Of a stretch of 64,000 bases of DNA, positions 19,578 through 28,621 are shown piece after piece. The notes under the pieces were generated by a model. The model was given only the letters and a program-made list of their open reading frames with translations, searched no databases and was not told where the DNA came from. Source of the DNA: Thermoleophilia bacterium. Its GTDB lineage: Bacteria; Actinomycetota; Thermoleophilia; BMS3ABIN01. Where the stretch lies: assembly GCA_020053595.1 (NCBI GenBank), contig JAGVMV010000046.1:197-64196 (forward strand). Direction: 5' to 3'. The translations under genes were made by a program, and so were the position numbers. Each line of letters starts with the position of its first letter. The first letter of the stretch is position 1.

Positions 19578-21896
19578 TCAGGCTACCAGTCGTTCAATCG
19601 TATTCAAAAGGATCTCCTGATCAAAACTGCCTTTGATCACGTAGGCATCAGCCCCAACTTCAATACCGCGCTTCTTGTCGCTTTCGTTGCTGCAGGATGT
19701 CACCATGATCACCGGTGTGTCCCTGAGGTCTTCCGCTTTCCTGATTGCCGATGTCAGGTCAAAACCGTCCATGCGTGGCATTTCAATGTCGGTGACCACG
19801 CAGTCTGCAGGTTTCTGCGAAAGTTGTGTAAGGGCATCAGCGCCGTCGACCGCAGTATCCACATCATATCCGGCAGTTTCCAGAATATTCCGCTGCAATT
19901 CCCGAACGACAAGGGAATCCTCGACTACCAGCACAGTCTTACGCCGGGTATCCGGTATACCGGCCTGATGTTCATGCTCTACTTTGTGCTGCCATGGCGT
20001 GCCCTCTTTTACCTTGCGCGCCAGCTGGATGATATTCAGCACAACTACTGCTTCACCGCTGCCGAGGATAGTGAGTCCGGCAATGTAGGGCAGGCTTCCC
20101 AAAAATACCCCGAGCGGTTTGATGACGACTTCCTGTTCACCCAACAATCTGCCGACTTCAAGACCCAACATGAACTTGTCTGATCCGACTACAACTACCT
20201 GTGACCTTCCGCCGGCTCGCTCCGTCTCGCCCCCACCAAGATATTCCAGTAAATCGATGATCGGGATGGCCGCATCCCGCATAATAAAGCCGCGGCGTGA
20301 CCCCAGCGTCCTGATGTCTTTTTCTGGCACCGCTACCATTTCCTTGACCGAGGACAATGGAATAACAAAACTGGAGTCGCTCGATTCCACGAGCAAACCT
20401 TTGATGACAGCGAGGGTGACAGGAAGGGAAACCGTAAAACGGGTCCCAACGCCTGGATCGGATTCGACACTAACAAAACCTTCGAGTTTTTCAATATTGC
20501 TCTTTACAACATCCAGCCCTACGCCTCGCCCGGATATCTCCGTGATAGTTTCCGCTGTTGAAAAGCCCGGGCGGAAGATCAGGTCGATGAGGTCCTCATC
20601 CGAAAGTTCATCGTTGACTTCAAAAAGTCCCTTTTCAAGAGCTGTTTTTCTTATCTTATCCGGATCTATGCCGGCGCCGTCATCTTTAATTTCTATTTCC
20701 ACGCGATCGCCTCGCTGGTAGGCGTCCAGCCAGATTGTTCCCTGTTCCGGTTTTCCGGCTGCGACCCTGGCGGACGGGGCTTCAATACCGTGATCCACGC
20801 AATTACGGATGATATGCATCAGTGGATCAGAGATCTGTTCAAGAATACGTTTGTCGAGTTCCGTATCCTCGCCGCTGGTTTGCAACCGGACTATCTTGCC
20901 GCTGGCGCCGGACGCGTCCCTGACTACACGAGGAAAAATGTTGAAGATATTTGTCAGCGGCAGCATGCGAACTTGAAGCGTACGATCCTGCAGCTCATCG
21001 AGGGCAAGCCTGCGGCTGGCGGTGTTTTCCTTAAAGTGCGACGCGGCCTCATCGATGCTGCCACTGATCGCCTCAGCGCGGTGCTCTGCCTGGATAAGCT
21101 TCTCGCTGAATGACGCGATCTGATCCGCTCCCGAATTGTGTTTAAGATCTTCCACCTGAGTCGCTAATGACGAAAATACATTCCTCAATTCACGGGCAGA
21201 CTGCTGCAGATCTGAAAGTTCATGCACCTGGCCTTCACTGTCTATCTGGTTTACTAGTATTTCACCCATGAGATCAAGTAGTTTGTCCAGTTTCTCTATG
21301 TTAACTCGAATGGTCGGATCAGCGCCGCGGGTCGATGCTTCTGCCTCTACCGCGGTAGAAATATTTTTGTTGCTTGTGGCAGCAGCCAGCTGTGGGAATG
21401 TTTCTGGCTCACTCGAAGGAGCCTCAGAAGATATGCCAGGCGCCGCGATCGGTCTTACTGTTTTTCGCCCGGCTTCCATCTCTTCACTTGAGGAGTCGAT
21501 GCCATGGCTATCATTGGCAAGCGCCAGCCTTTCCATTAAGCCGGAGACATCGATTTCTGAAACCTGACACGTGTCACTATCGGGCAGCAACTCCTCTATG
21601 CGATCCAGGGTTTCCAGAAGTATGTCAGCACGTTTTTTGTTGAGCGTTATCTGACCTTTTTGTACAGAGGAAAGAAGATCCTCAACGCGATGCGAGAGAT
21701 CCCTGACCGTGTCGAAACCCATCATACCTGCCGCGCCCTTGAGTGTATGGGCCTCCCGGAAGAGCTTTTTTAGAAGTTCTTCGTCGCCGGGTGCGTTCTC
21801 AAGTATCAGCAGGCCTTCAGCCAGATTACGCAGGCGTTCCTCAGCCTCGGCCCTGAAAGTCTGCAGAAATTCCTTGTCCGCCGACCAGTTATCCAT
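19578..21896 (-). CDS. cheA: Hybrid CheA kinase HPt-HATPase-CheW-REC (WspE-like)
   Basis: AHTLKG, RNCVDHGIE, DDGAG, SGRGVGLDVV, C-terminal REC (TDIEMP). Confidence 0.94.
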   Translation of the reverse strand: MDNWSADKEFLQTFRAEAEERLRNLAEGLLILENAPGDEELLKKLFREAHTLKGAAGMMGFDTVRDLSHRVEDLLSSVQKGQITLNKKRADILLETLDRIEELLPDSDTCQVSEIDVSGLMERLALANDSHGIDSSSEEMEAGRKTVRPIAAPGISSEAPSSEPETFPQLAAATSNKNISTAVEAEASTRGADPTIRVNIEKLDKLLDLMGEILVNQIDSEGQVHELSDLQQSARELRNVFSSLATQVEDLKHNSGADQIASFSEKLIQAEHRAEAISGSIDEAASHFKENTASRRLALDELQDRTLQVRMLPLTNIFNIFPRVVRDASGASGKIVRLQTSGEDTELDKRILEQISDPLMHIIRNCVDHGIEAPSARVAAGKPEQGTIWLDAYQRGDRVEIEIKDDGAGIDPDKIRKTALEKGLFEVNDELSDEDLIDLIFRPGFSTAETITEISGRGVGLDVVKSNIEKLEGFVSVESDPGVGTRFTVSLPVTLAVIKGLLVESSDSSFVIPLSSVKEMVAVPEKDIRTLGSRRGFIMRDAAIPIIDLLEYLGGGETERAGGRSQVVVVGSDKFMLGLEVGRLLGEQEVVIKPLGVFLGSLPYIAGLTILGSGEAVVVLNIIQLARKVKEGTPWQHKVEHEHQAGIPDTRRKTVLVVEDSLVVRELQRNILETAGYDVDTAVDGADALTQLSQKPADCVVTDIEMPRMDGFDLTSAIRKAEDLRDTPVIMVTSCSNESDKKRGIEVGADAYVIKGSFDQEILLNTIERLVA

Positions 21897-21912
21897 GTGA
21901 GTACCCGCCGAT

Positions 21913-23610
21913 CTACTTTACCCTGAACCTGGCAATAGCTTCACGAAGCTCAGCAGCAGCCAGGTTGAGTTGTTCGGTGGCCGCGGCGGTCTGTCGGGCG
22001 CCGCTTGCCTGCTGCTTGCTGGCAGCCGCAATGTTGGTCATCGCCACAACTACCTGTTCGCTGGCACTCTTCTGCTGCTGTGTGGCTATGGAGATTTCAT
22101 TGGCGGCGCTGGTGTTCTCAGCCACGACCTCGAGAATACTCTCGAGCGATCGGCCTGCATTGGTTGCCAGTTCAACCCCTCTATTGACCTCCTTGGCGCT
22201 CGCTTCAGTGGCGAGGATGGTGCTATTTGTCTCGGACTGGATCTCGTCAATAAGAGACTTGATCTTGCCGGTAGCTTCAACACTCTCTTCGGCCAGGCGC
22301 CGCACTTCACCGGCCACAACCGCAAAGCCTCGTCCCTGATCACCCGCGCGCGCCGCTTCTACTGCAGCATTGAGCGCCAGCAGATTCGTCTGGTCGGCGA
22401 TGTTGTTGATAATCTCCAGGATTGTTCCGATTCGTTGTGATTTTTCTCCGAGCGATAGCGTTTTTTCCGCTACATTATTTACCTTGTCGCTGATTGACTC
22501 CATACCCTCGAGTGTTGCGGCTACCGCTTCGTGGCCCTGTTGGGCATGATTGAAAGTCTCATCCGCGACCCGGGCAACGGACCCGGCTGTTTCTGCAATC
22601 TGTTTGGCGGTTGCGGCTAGCTCCTCAATGGTGGCAGTTGTCTCAGCCACAGCCGAGGACTGCTCCGCTGACGTGCTGGCCTGCTGCTCAACTGTTGCCG
22701 AAATTTCCGCGGAGGCTGCGCTCGTCTGTTCGCCGGTCTCGAGGATCTTGGTGCTGAGTTCCCTCAAGCTATCGGTCATGTCATTGAAACTTGTGGCGAG
22801 CACACCAAGTTCATCAGATGATTTTGTTGGCACGCGCAACGTCAAGTCGCCAGCTGCAATGCGTTTGATCGCGCCAACAACATTGGTTAATGGACGAATT
22901 ATTGCGATCTTCAAAAGAACTTTCAGAGAGATGATCACAAAGGCCAGGGTCAGCAGCAGGGCGGCGATGGAAAATACCTTGTTTGACTGGATTGTGTCAT
23001 CCACCTTCTTGGTGGATGTGGATACCAGAACGGCGCCTCGCATCGGCGAGGTACCGGTATGACAAGACTGGCAGGCGGCCTCATTGGGCAGAGCATGGAT
23101 CTCCGTCAATAATCGGTTGTCGCCCTCTCCTTCATAGAATGAGGCTACCTCGCCGGAAGCAAGCACTTTTGTCAGATGTTCTTTTTCCAGACCAGCAGCG
23201 ACACTGCCACCCTTAAATGCTTCTCCGCCATCCGGGTTAAAAACTATTACCTGAGTTACTCCATTGATACTTCGCAAGTTATCCAGAGCCTGCATGGTGA
23301 GGTCACTTTTTCCTGCCAGCATGCTTGTTTTCAGACTGCCGTGTACCGAAATCGACAGCGAGCGGTTCATGTCCTCCTGCTGTGCGACCATGTCGTTTTG
23401 CTCATGACTGATGCTGAGATAGGCAAAGGTCCCAAAACCGATAAAGATCAGCAGCGATGTGAGCCCCATTATCTTCGCCTCGATGCTTGTTCTGAAAATA
23501 TTCCGCAAGAGTCCTCCCTCCGTGGCAGCTCCATCATTTGAATACAACCGAGCCTGTTTGATCGACGCGCTGTTCGTGCCCCGCTCCAGTGTTTCGCCTC
23601 CCACTGCCAT
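21913..23610 (-). CDS. Methyl-accepting chemotaxis protein with extracytoplasmic c-type heme motif
   Basis: Two TMs, CQSCH in the sensor domain, [21 protein letters not shown]. Confidence 0.93.
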   Translation of the reverse strand: MAVGGETLERGTNSASIKQARLYSNDGAATEGGLLRNIFRTSIEAKIMGLTSLLIFIGFGTFAYLSISHEQNDMVAQQEDMNRSLSISVHGSLKTSMLAGKSDLTMQALDNLRSINGVTQVIVFNPDGGEAFKGGSVAAGLEKEHLTKVLASGEVASFYEGEGDNRLLTEIHALPNEAACQSCHTGTSPMRGAVLVSTSTKKVDDTIQSNKVFSIAALLLTLAFVIISLKVLLKIAIIRPLTNVVGAIKRIAAGDLTLRVPTKSSDELGVLATSFNDMTDSLRELSTKILETGEQTSAASAEISATVEQQASTSAEQSSAVAETTATIEELAATAKQIAETAGSVARVADETFNHAQQGHEAVAATLEGMESISDKVNNVAEKTLSLGEKSQRIGTILEIINNIADQTNLLALNAAVEAARAGDQGRGFAVVAGEVRRLAEESVEATGKIKSLIDEIQSETNSTILATEASAKEVNRGVELATNAGRSLESILEVVAENTSAANEISIATQQQKSASEQVVVAMTNIAAASKQQASGARQTAAATEQLNLAAAELREAIARFRVK

Positions 23611-23631
23611 TTTTACCCCACTTCGTATTTA

Positions 23632-24159
23632 TTAAGACGCAGCTGGCGTCGGGCGTACATTAGCCATTATCTGATCAATATCGAGAATGCCCACCAGGGC
23701 GTCCTCCATATTTGCCTGGGCTATGACAAATGTCCTTTGATTCTCGTCCAGAGTTCGCAGGGCCGGTTGCAATAAAGATGGCGATATTTCCACAACGCGA
23801 CTGGCGCTGTCCACGAGCAATCCTAATGCGAACTGTTCCGTGTCTACGACGATAATCCGGCTCTGTGGACTATCACTCCAGGGCGGCAGAGACAATACGG
23901 CGGCCAGATCGATTACCGGCAGCACACTGCCCCTAAGATTGATGATCCCGGTAACAAAATCCGGTGCGCCGGGCACCCAGGTTATTTTTGGCACCCTGAT
24001 GATCTCCCGTACTTTGTGGATCTCAACAGCGAATGTCTCCGTGGCAAGTGAAAGCACGACGAAGGACAGATCGTCCTCCGAACTTTCATTCAACTGGGAT
24101 CCGGGAAGGTTGCCCCCCTCGCTCGCGCCCCAAAAGGTTGTACTCTCTTGTCCGCCCAT
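23632..24159 (-). CDS. cheW: CheW adaptor
   Basis: VPGAPDFVTGIINLRG, GLLVD. Confidence 0.93.
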   Translation of the reverse strand: MGGQESTTFWGASEGGNLPGSQLNESSEDDLSFVVLSLATETFAVEIHKVREIIRVPKITWVPGAPDFVTGIINLRGSVLPVIDLAAVLSLPPWSDSPQSRIIVVDTEQFALGLLVDSASRVVEISPSLLQPALRTLDENQRTFVIAQANMEDALVGILDIDQIMANVRPTPAAS

Positions 24160-24234
24160 GTCTACTCTGGTTGGTTGGACTGCCCTGACTCGGGTTAATT
24201 CGGACGACGATGCCGTCTTCTTTAACTGAAAGGG

Positions 24235-24262
24235 ATATCGGTATCAGCTATCTGGAGCTTTA
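24235..24262 (-). promoter_or_regulatory. Putative sigma28 (FliA/SigD/WhiG)-type promoter TAAA-N16-ACCGATAT for the che operon
   Basis: One mismatch to TAAA-N15/16-GCCGATAT, about 75 bp upstream of cheW. Confidence 0.45.
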
Positions 24263-25111
24263 CCCGGTATAGTCACTGGATTGCTTCCGCTGAAAAAGCT
24301 TTAAGAAATGGCCGCGCTTGGGTATATCGCCGGCGTCCAGGGCCGGCCGTTCCAGTTTCGAACTTTCGAGGACCCGCGAGGGATTTTGAAGCATGATTGT
24401 TCGCGCGGCGGTTTCTCCGAGCTCCTCACATAAAATTTTGTAACAATTTGAAAGAAGCGGCGCCCGCTTGCCGGTGGAGTGAGCATCGCTTGCCACCAGG
24501 TGAATCATGCCTGATTTTGCCAAAAACAGGCTCGTTTTTTTTATGGTCTTTCCAAAAACACCTTCGATACTGGCGGCTGTCAGCTGGCAGTAAATTTGAT
24601 CGTGTTCCATAATTTCATTGAGCCGGTTCGGCCGCTTCTGCACAAAGATTGTTCTCTCTGGATGCGCCAGTATCGGGTACAGCCCGCACAGGCGAACCCT
24701 GTACGCAGCCTGGGCAACCTGATCGAAGCTGGTTCCCGCGGTTTCCATCAGCAGAAATCTGCCACCATTGATAGCGAGCGACTTAAGAAAAGTTTTGTCG
24801 CCCGCCATGCAGGTGCTCATGGGAACCTCGGCTCCAGCTGAAAGTCGCAGATCGATGCCGGCTGAAGTAAATGACTTCCTGAGCTGGGCGATCCTTTGTT
24901 CGCGGTCGCTGCCGTCGTAATATCCCTCGACGATATGAGGTGTCGCCACAATGTCGGTTATACCATCCGCTATCGCCATCCGGGCCATAGCCAGGCTGGT
25001 ATCCATGTCGGGTGGCCCATCGTCGACACCGGGAATAATATGACAATGTGTATCGATGAATTCCAGCAAATTGTCCTCACGCAGATCTCTTGAGAATGGC
25101 AGCAAGCTCAA
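24260..25111 (-). CDS. CpsB/CapC PHP-family tyrosine-protein phosphatase
   Basis: IDTHCHIIPGVDDG, ATPH, AHPER, ASDAH. Start uncertain. Confidence 0.92.
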   Translation of the reverse strand: MSLLPFSRDLREDNLLEFIDTHCHIIPGVDDGPPDMDTSLAMARMAIADGITDIVATPHIVEGYYDGSDREQRIAQLRKSFTSAGIDLRLSAGAEVPMSTCMAGDKTFLKSLAINGGRFLLMETAGTSFDQVAQAAYRVRLCGLYPILAHPERTIFVQKRPNRLNEIMEHDQIYCQLTAASIEGVFGKTIKKTSLFLAKSGMIHLVASDAHSTGKRAPLLSNCYKILCEELGETAARTIMLQNPSRVLESSKLERPALDAGDIPKRGHFLKLFQRKQSSDYTG

Positions 25112-25168
25112 TTATGCTATAAATAGTGTGAAAGCTCACCTTTTAGAAACCCTGTTCCTGATTATTCC

Positions 25169-25816
25169 ATGAAAAGAAACTTGAAAATATTGGGCATTCT
25201 GCTCATCATTGCCGGCGTTGGGGTCTTGCTCATTGTCCCCGGATCGTGGCTGCTTGGATATTTCGCCCAGCGAGGCCTGGACAGTGAGTTCAATCAGGAA
25301 TCCGCATCAGCCCTGTCACTGAACTCATCTGTGATGGACAAGATGCAGGGCGCGGCGGATACCGAGAAACTTAGAGAGCTGGCCAAAGCTTTTCAGAGGC
25401 AATTGCGAAGCGAGCAGACAATTGCCCGGCTGGAGATTCCCAGGATCGGCGTAAATGCCGTAGTAGTCGAAGGCACAACCGACGGCTCACTGCGTAAGGG
25501 CGTCGGCCATATGGAAGGAACCCCTCTACCAGGCATGGGAGAGAATTTCAGTCTTGCCGGGGACCGCGTACTTTATGGCGCGCCTTTTTTAAACATCGAT
25601 GATCTTACTGAGGGAGACGAGATAAAGGTTCAGACAACCTATGGCAAGTTTGTTTACAACATGGTCAGCAACAGGATTACCGACCCGGAAGACGTCGACA
25701 TTTTAAAATATCCGGGTTTTGAAGCTATCACCCTGATAACCTGCGATCCTCCCTGGGACACCTCGCACCGGCTGATTATTCAGGGCAAGCTCGTTTCCGC
25801 CAATCTTCTGCCCTAG
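25169..25816 (+). CDS. Sortase (class D/E-like) with atypical AGDR in place of AGHR
   Basis: N-terminal anchor, LEIPRIG...VVEG...GVGH, TLITC (catalytic Cys) and downstream Arg. Confidence 0.85.
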   Translation: MKRNLKILGILLIIAGVGVLLIVPGSWLLGYFAQRGLDSEFNQESASALSLNSSVMDKMQGAADTEKLRELAKAFQRQLRSEQTIARLEIPRIGVNAVVVEGTTDGSLRKGVGHMEGTPLPGMGENFSLAGDRVLYGAPFLNIDDLTEGDEIKVQTTYGKFVYNMVSNRITDPEDVDILKYPGFEAITLITCDPPWDTSHRLIIQGKLVSANLLP

Positions 25817-26128
25817 TAGGCTCCCCGGCGCGAGGGCTATGACGACTTCTTCCACATCATGTTCCATGACGGCGCCCTGCAGGTTTACACCGGCTGGACC
25901 GGCGCCTATAATTACCATCTTTTTACGCCACGATCCCCTTCGGAATGCCCTGATCTGCATGTTGTGTGCCATGAGCCGAATAAAGATCAGGCCTGATATA
26001 AATAGCGTTATCATGGCAATGATTCCCGGACGGGAAAAATCGTAGATCTCCGTGTGCACGAAATCCTCGGGGATAAAAGCGGAGCAGACCATTATGGCAA
26101 AGGAAATCAGGGTGCTCTTCATTACCAC
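25817..26128 (-). pseudogene. Degraded fragment of a WcaJ/CapD-type N-terminal membrane plus CoA-binding-like region
   Basis: Hydrophobic helices, then KMVIIGAGPAG almost directly followed by EHDVEEVVIAL; the frame runs antisense into the sortase. Confidence 0.55.
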
Positions 26129-26193
26129 GGAGATAATGGTAATTTTTCCCCTCCACCCCTCTTATTTTCGACTCCGGGACCACCTTATCCTGT

Positions 26194-26823
26194 TTATCGT
26201 GTCGATCGACCCATCTTCTTAAGTGGCAAAAACAGTGTGCGGGCGATGATGCGCAGGTCGAGGAACAGACTCCGGCGCTCGAGGTAATAAAGGTCCAGAG
26301 CTACCTTGCGCGGGAGGATCCGTTCGACATAGCCGCCGGTGGGATCGTCACGGGAAAGCAGCAACGCTTCGTCTTTGAAATGAAGTTGCGAAAGACCGGT
26401 GACGCCCGGACGGCAGTCCAGCACCCGGCGCTGCTGGACCGTGTACAGCGCAACTAGGCCGGTGTCTTCTGGCCGGGGACCCACCAGGCTCATTTCACCT
26501 TTGATAACATTGTAGATTTGCGGTAGTTCGTCCAGACGGGTACGCCTGAGCCACCTGCCGGCGCGGGTCAGGCGCTGATCATCGCTGATGGTGAGCGGGG
26601 AGCTGTTATCCCGGTCTCCTGTGTCCACCATGGTGCGGAGCTTGTACATGGTGAAGGGACAGCCGCCGTAGCCACAGCGCTGGGCCCGGTAGAGAGCGGG
26701 ACCGGGAGAGTCCAGCTTCACGGCCACCGCCAGGCCGACGAGGAGCGGGGAGAGGATCAACAGAAGCGGGGCGGACAGCGCCAGGTCGAGCGCCCGCTTT
26801 GATGATCCGCCTACTGCCGTCAT
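26194..26823 (-). CDS. Priming phosphoglycosyl transferase (PglC-like monotopic)
   Basis: KRALDL, YKLRTM, LDELPQ, GEMSLVGPRP, PGVTG. Confidence 0.93.
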   Translation of the reverse strand: MTAVGGSSKRALDLALSAPLLLILSPLLVGLAVAVKLDSPGPALYRAQRCGYGGCPFTMYKLRTMVDTGDRDNSSPLTISDDQRLTRAGRWLRRTRLDELPQIYNVIKGEMSLVGPRPEDTGLVALYTVQQRRVLDCRPGVTGLSQLHFKDEALLLSRDDPTGGYVERILPRKVALDLYYLERRSLFLDLRIIARTLFLPLKKMGRSTR

Positions 26824-26837
26824 TGAAGCTCCCCTGG

Positions 26838-27584
26838 TCACACCGGTTTGCGAATAGCCACAAGATAGTGGGTCCTCAGCAGCGGGATGCGCCCCAGCAG
26901 ATAGGCGGCCAGCCTCGAACGGGGGACCACCGCCCGGGCCAGCGGCGGCGCCAGCGACACACGCTTGAATTTTATATGACATCCTGAAAAAAGACTCAGG
27001 ATCTCCCGCTTGCTCACCCCGCGAACGTCACCGTTTCCGGGACGGCTGATGAAATAGTCATACCAGATAATGAGGCCGTCAGGCTTCAGCACCCGGAGCA
27101 TCTCGGCGGCGACATCACGCCTCATGAACGGATCCAGTATGGAAGTGAACATGACGAACTGGCAAACCAGGTCAAAGGAAGCATCATCAAAGGGAAGCCG
27201 GTCGGCGCCGGCTTCGCGAATATTGAAATCCGGATGGCGGCGCCGGCAGTCGGCGACGCGCTCGGGGATCAGGTCGACGCCGTGTATCTTGGATGGCGTG
27301 GCGCCGTACTTGAGGAAATTGCCCAATTCGGCGCCGCCCCCGCAGCCGACCTCAAGGATGGCCCGGTTCTTCAGGTCGGTCAGGCCGTGGCGTTTGAGCA
27401 GGTTCAGCACCGCCTGCTCCTGCTCGTGCAGATGGAAGGCCGTGGCCGGGTTGAACCAGGAATAGCGGTCGTCTGCGGAACCTTGTGTGCGCTTCTGATA
27501 AGCGATGAGGATGCGTTCTTCCTCGGTCATCGCTGAATCGCCCGTCTGTAGATCGATTGCCTGTTGTTGCCGTTCTGGAGTCAT
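26838..27584 (-). CDS. Class I SAM-dependent methyltransferase
   Basis: LEVGCGGG, LPFDDASFD, RVLKPDG. ATGA overlap with the upstream GT2; alternative start at 27530. Confidence 0.88.
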   Translation of the reverse strand: MTPERQQQAIDLQTGDSAMTEEERILIAYQKRTQGSADDRYSWFNPATAFHLHEQEQAVLNLLKRHGLTDLKNRAILEVGCGGGAELGNFLKYGATPSKIHGVDLIPERVADCRRRHPDFNIREAGADRLPFDDASFDLVCQFVMFTSILDPFMRRDVAAEMLRVLKPDGLIIWYDYFISRPGNGDVRGVSKREILSLFSGCHIKFKRVSLAPPLARAVVPRSRLAAYLLGRIPLLRTHYLVAIRKPV

Positions 27585-28621
27585 GCCTTTCCCCCTGGCA
27601 GCGAAAGCAGACGGGAGATGCCGCAGATGAATCCGGTCGCATAGGAAAGATGGAGAGTCGCAAAGGCCACCGGCAGGAGGACGCAAGATGGACCGTGGCG
27701 CACAGCGAGCCTCAGGGAAAAAAGTAGTGACGTCAACACGTAAAGGGCCAGCAACGCAACTGGCAGCCACAGGAAGCCCGACGACAGCGCCGCCGCCAGC
27801 AGCGACACGGCGAACACCACCAGCGCCGTGGCCGGCACCAGGTGCCGGACAGAGGGCAGGCTCCCATGCTTGCGCAGAATGCACACCTTCCAGCGGCCGT
27901 ACTGGAAATACTGTTTCCAGAGAGCTTTGAGGGTCGGGCGGCTGAAGTAACTGGAGCGGATGGCCGGTTCCAGGTAGATGCGGCCGCCGCCCCGGGTGAG
28001 GCGGAAGTTGAACTCGTCGTCCTGGTTACGCACCAGTTCCTCGTCGAAATATCCGATGCGGTCGAAAACTTCACACCGGTAGGCGCCAAAGGCTACCGTG
28101 TCCACGAAACCTGGCTTATCCGATGTGCGGAAGCGGGCGTTTCCCACGCCGAAAGAGGATGACATGGCCAGGGAGGCCACCTTCCCCAGGACGGTATGGC
28201 TCATAGTCTCAATCCGTCCGCCCACGCAATCGGCGCCCGTTTTTTCCAGGGTCTCCACGTTCAAACGTACAAAATCCGGCTCAACATAGCTGTGGCTCCC
28301 CAGGATAATGACAACATCCCCTTTGGCGCTCCTGACGCCGATGTTGAGGGCCACGGGAGTGATCCGCCGAGGATTTTCGAGATAGCGCACCGTGGGGGTG
28401 TGGGCCGCGAAAGAGCGGACGATATCGGCGGATCTGTCGCTAGAAAGGCCGTCCACTACCAAGACCTCGACGAGTCCGGGGGGATAATCCTGATTTATGA
28501 GCGACCGCACACAGCGACCGATATACTGCTCCTCGTTGTACATGGGGATGACCACCGAGACCATGGGGCTCGCCTGAAGGGCGCTCTTTGGCGCCCGCCT
28601 CAGTTTCTCTACCGGGTTCAT
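27581..28621 (-). CDS. GT2 glycosyltransferase (ExoA-like)
   Basis: VSVVIPMYNE, VDGLSSD, FDEELVRNQD, KQYFQYG, C-terminal TMs. Confidence 0.9.
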   Translation of the reverse strand: MNPVEKLRRAPKSALQASPMVSVVIPMYNEEQYIGRCVRSLINQDYPPGLVEVLVVDGLSSDRSADIVRSFAAHTPTVRYLENPRRITPVALNIGVRSAKGDVVIILGSHSYVEPDFVRLNVETLEKTGADCVGGRIETMSHTVLGKVASLAMSSSFGVGNARFRTSDKPGFVDTVAFGAYRCEVFDRIGYFDEELVRNQDDEFNFRLTRGGGRIYLEPAIRSSYFSRPTLKALWKQYFQYGRWKVCILRKHGSLPSVRHLVPATALVVFAVSLLAAALSSGFLWLPVALLALYVLTSLLFSLRLAVRHGPSCVLLPVAFATLHLSYATGFICGISRLLSLPGGKA

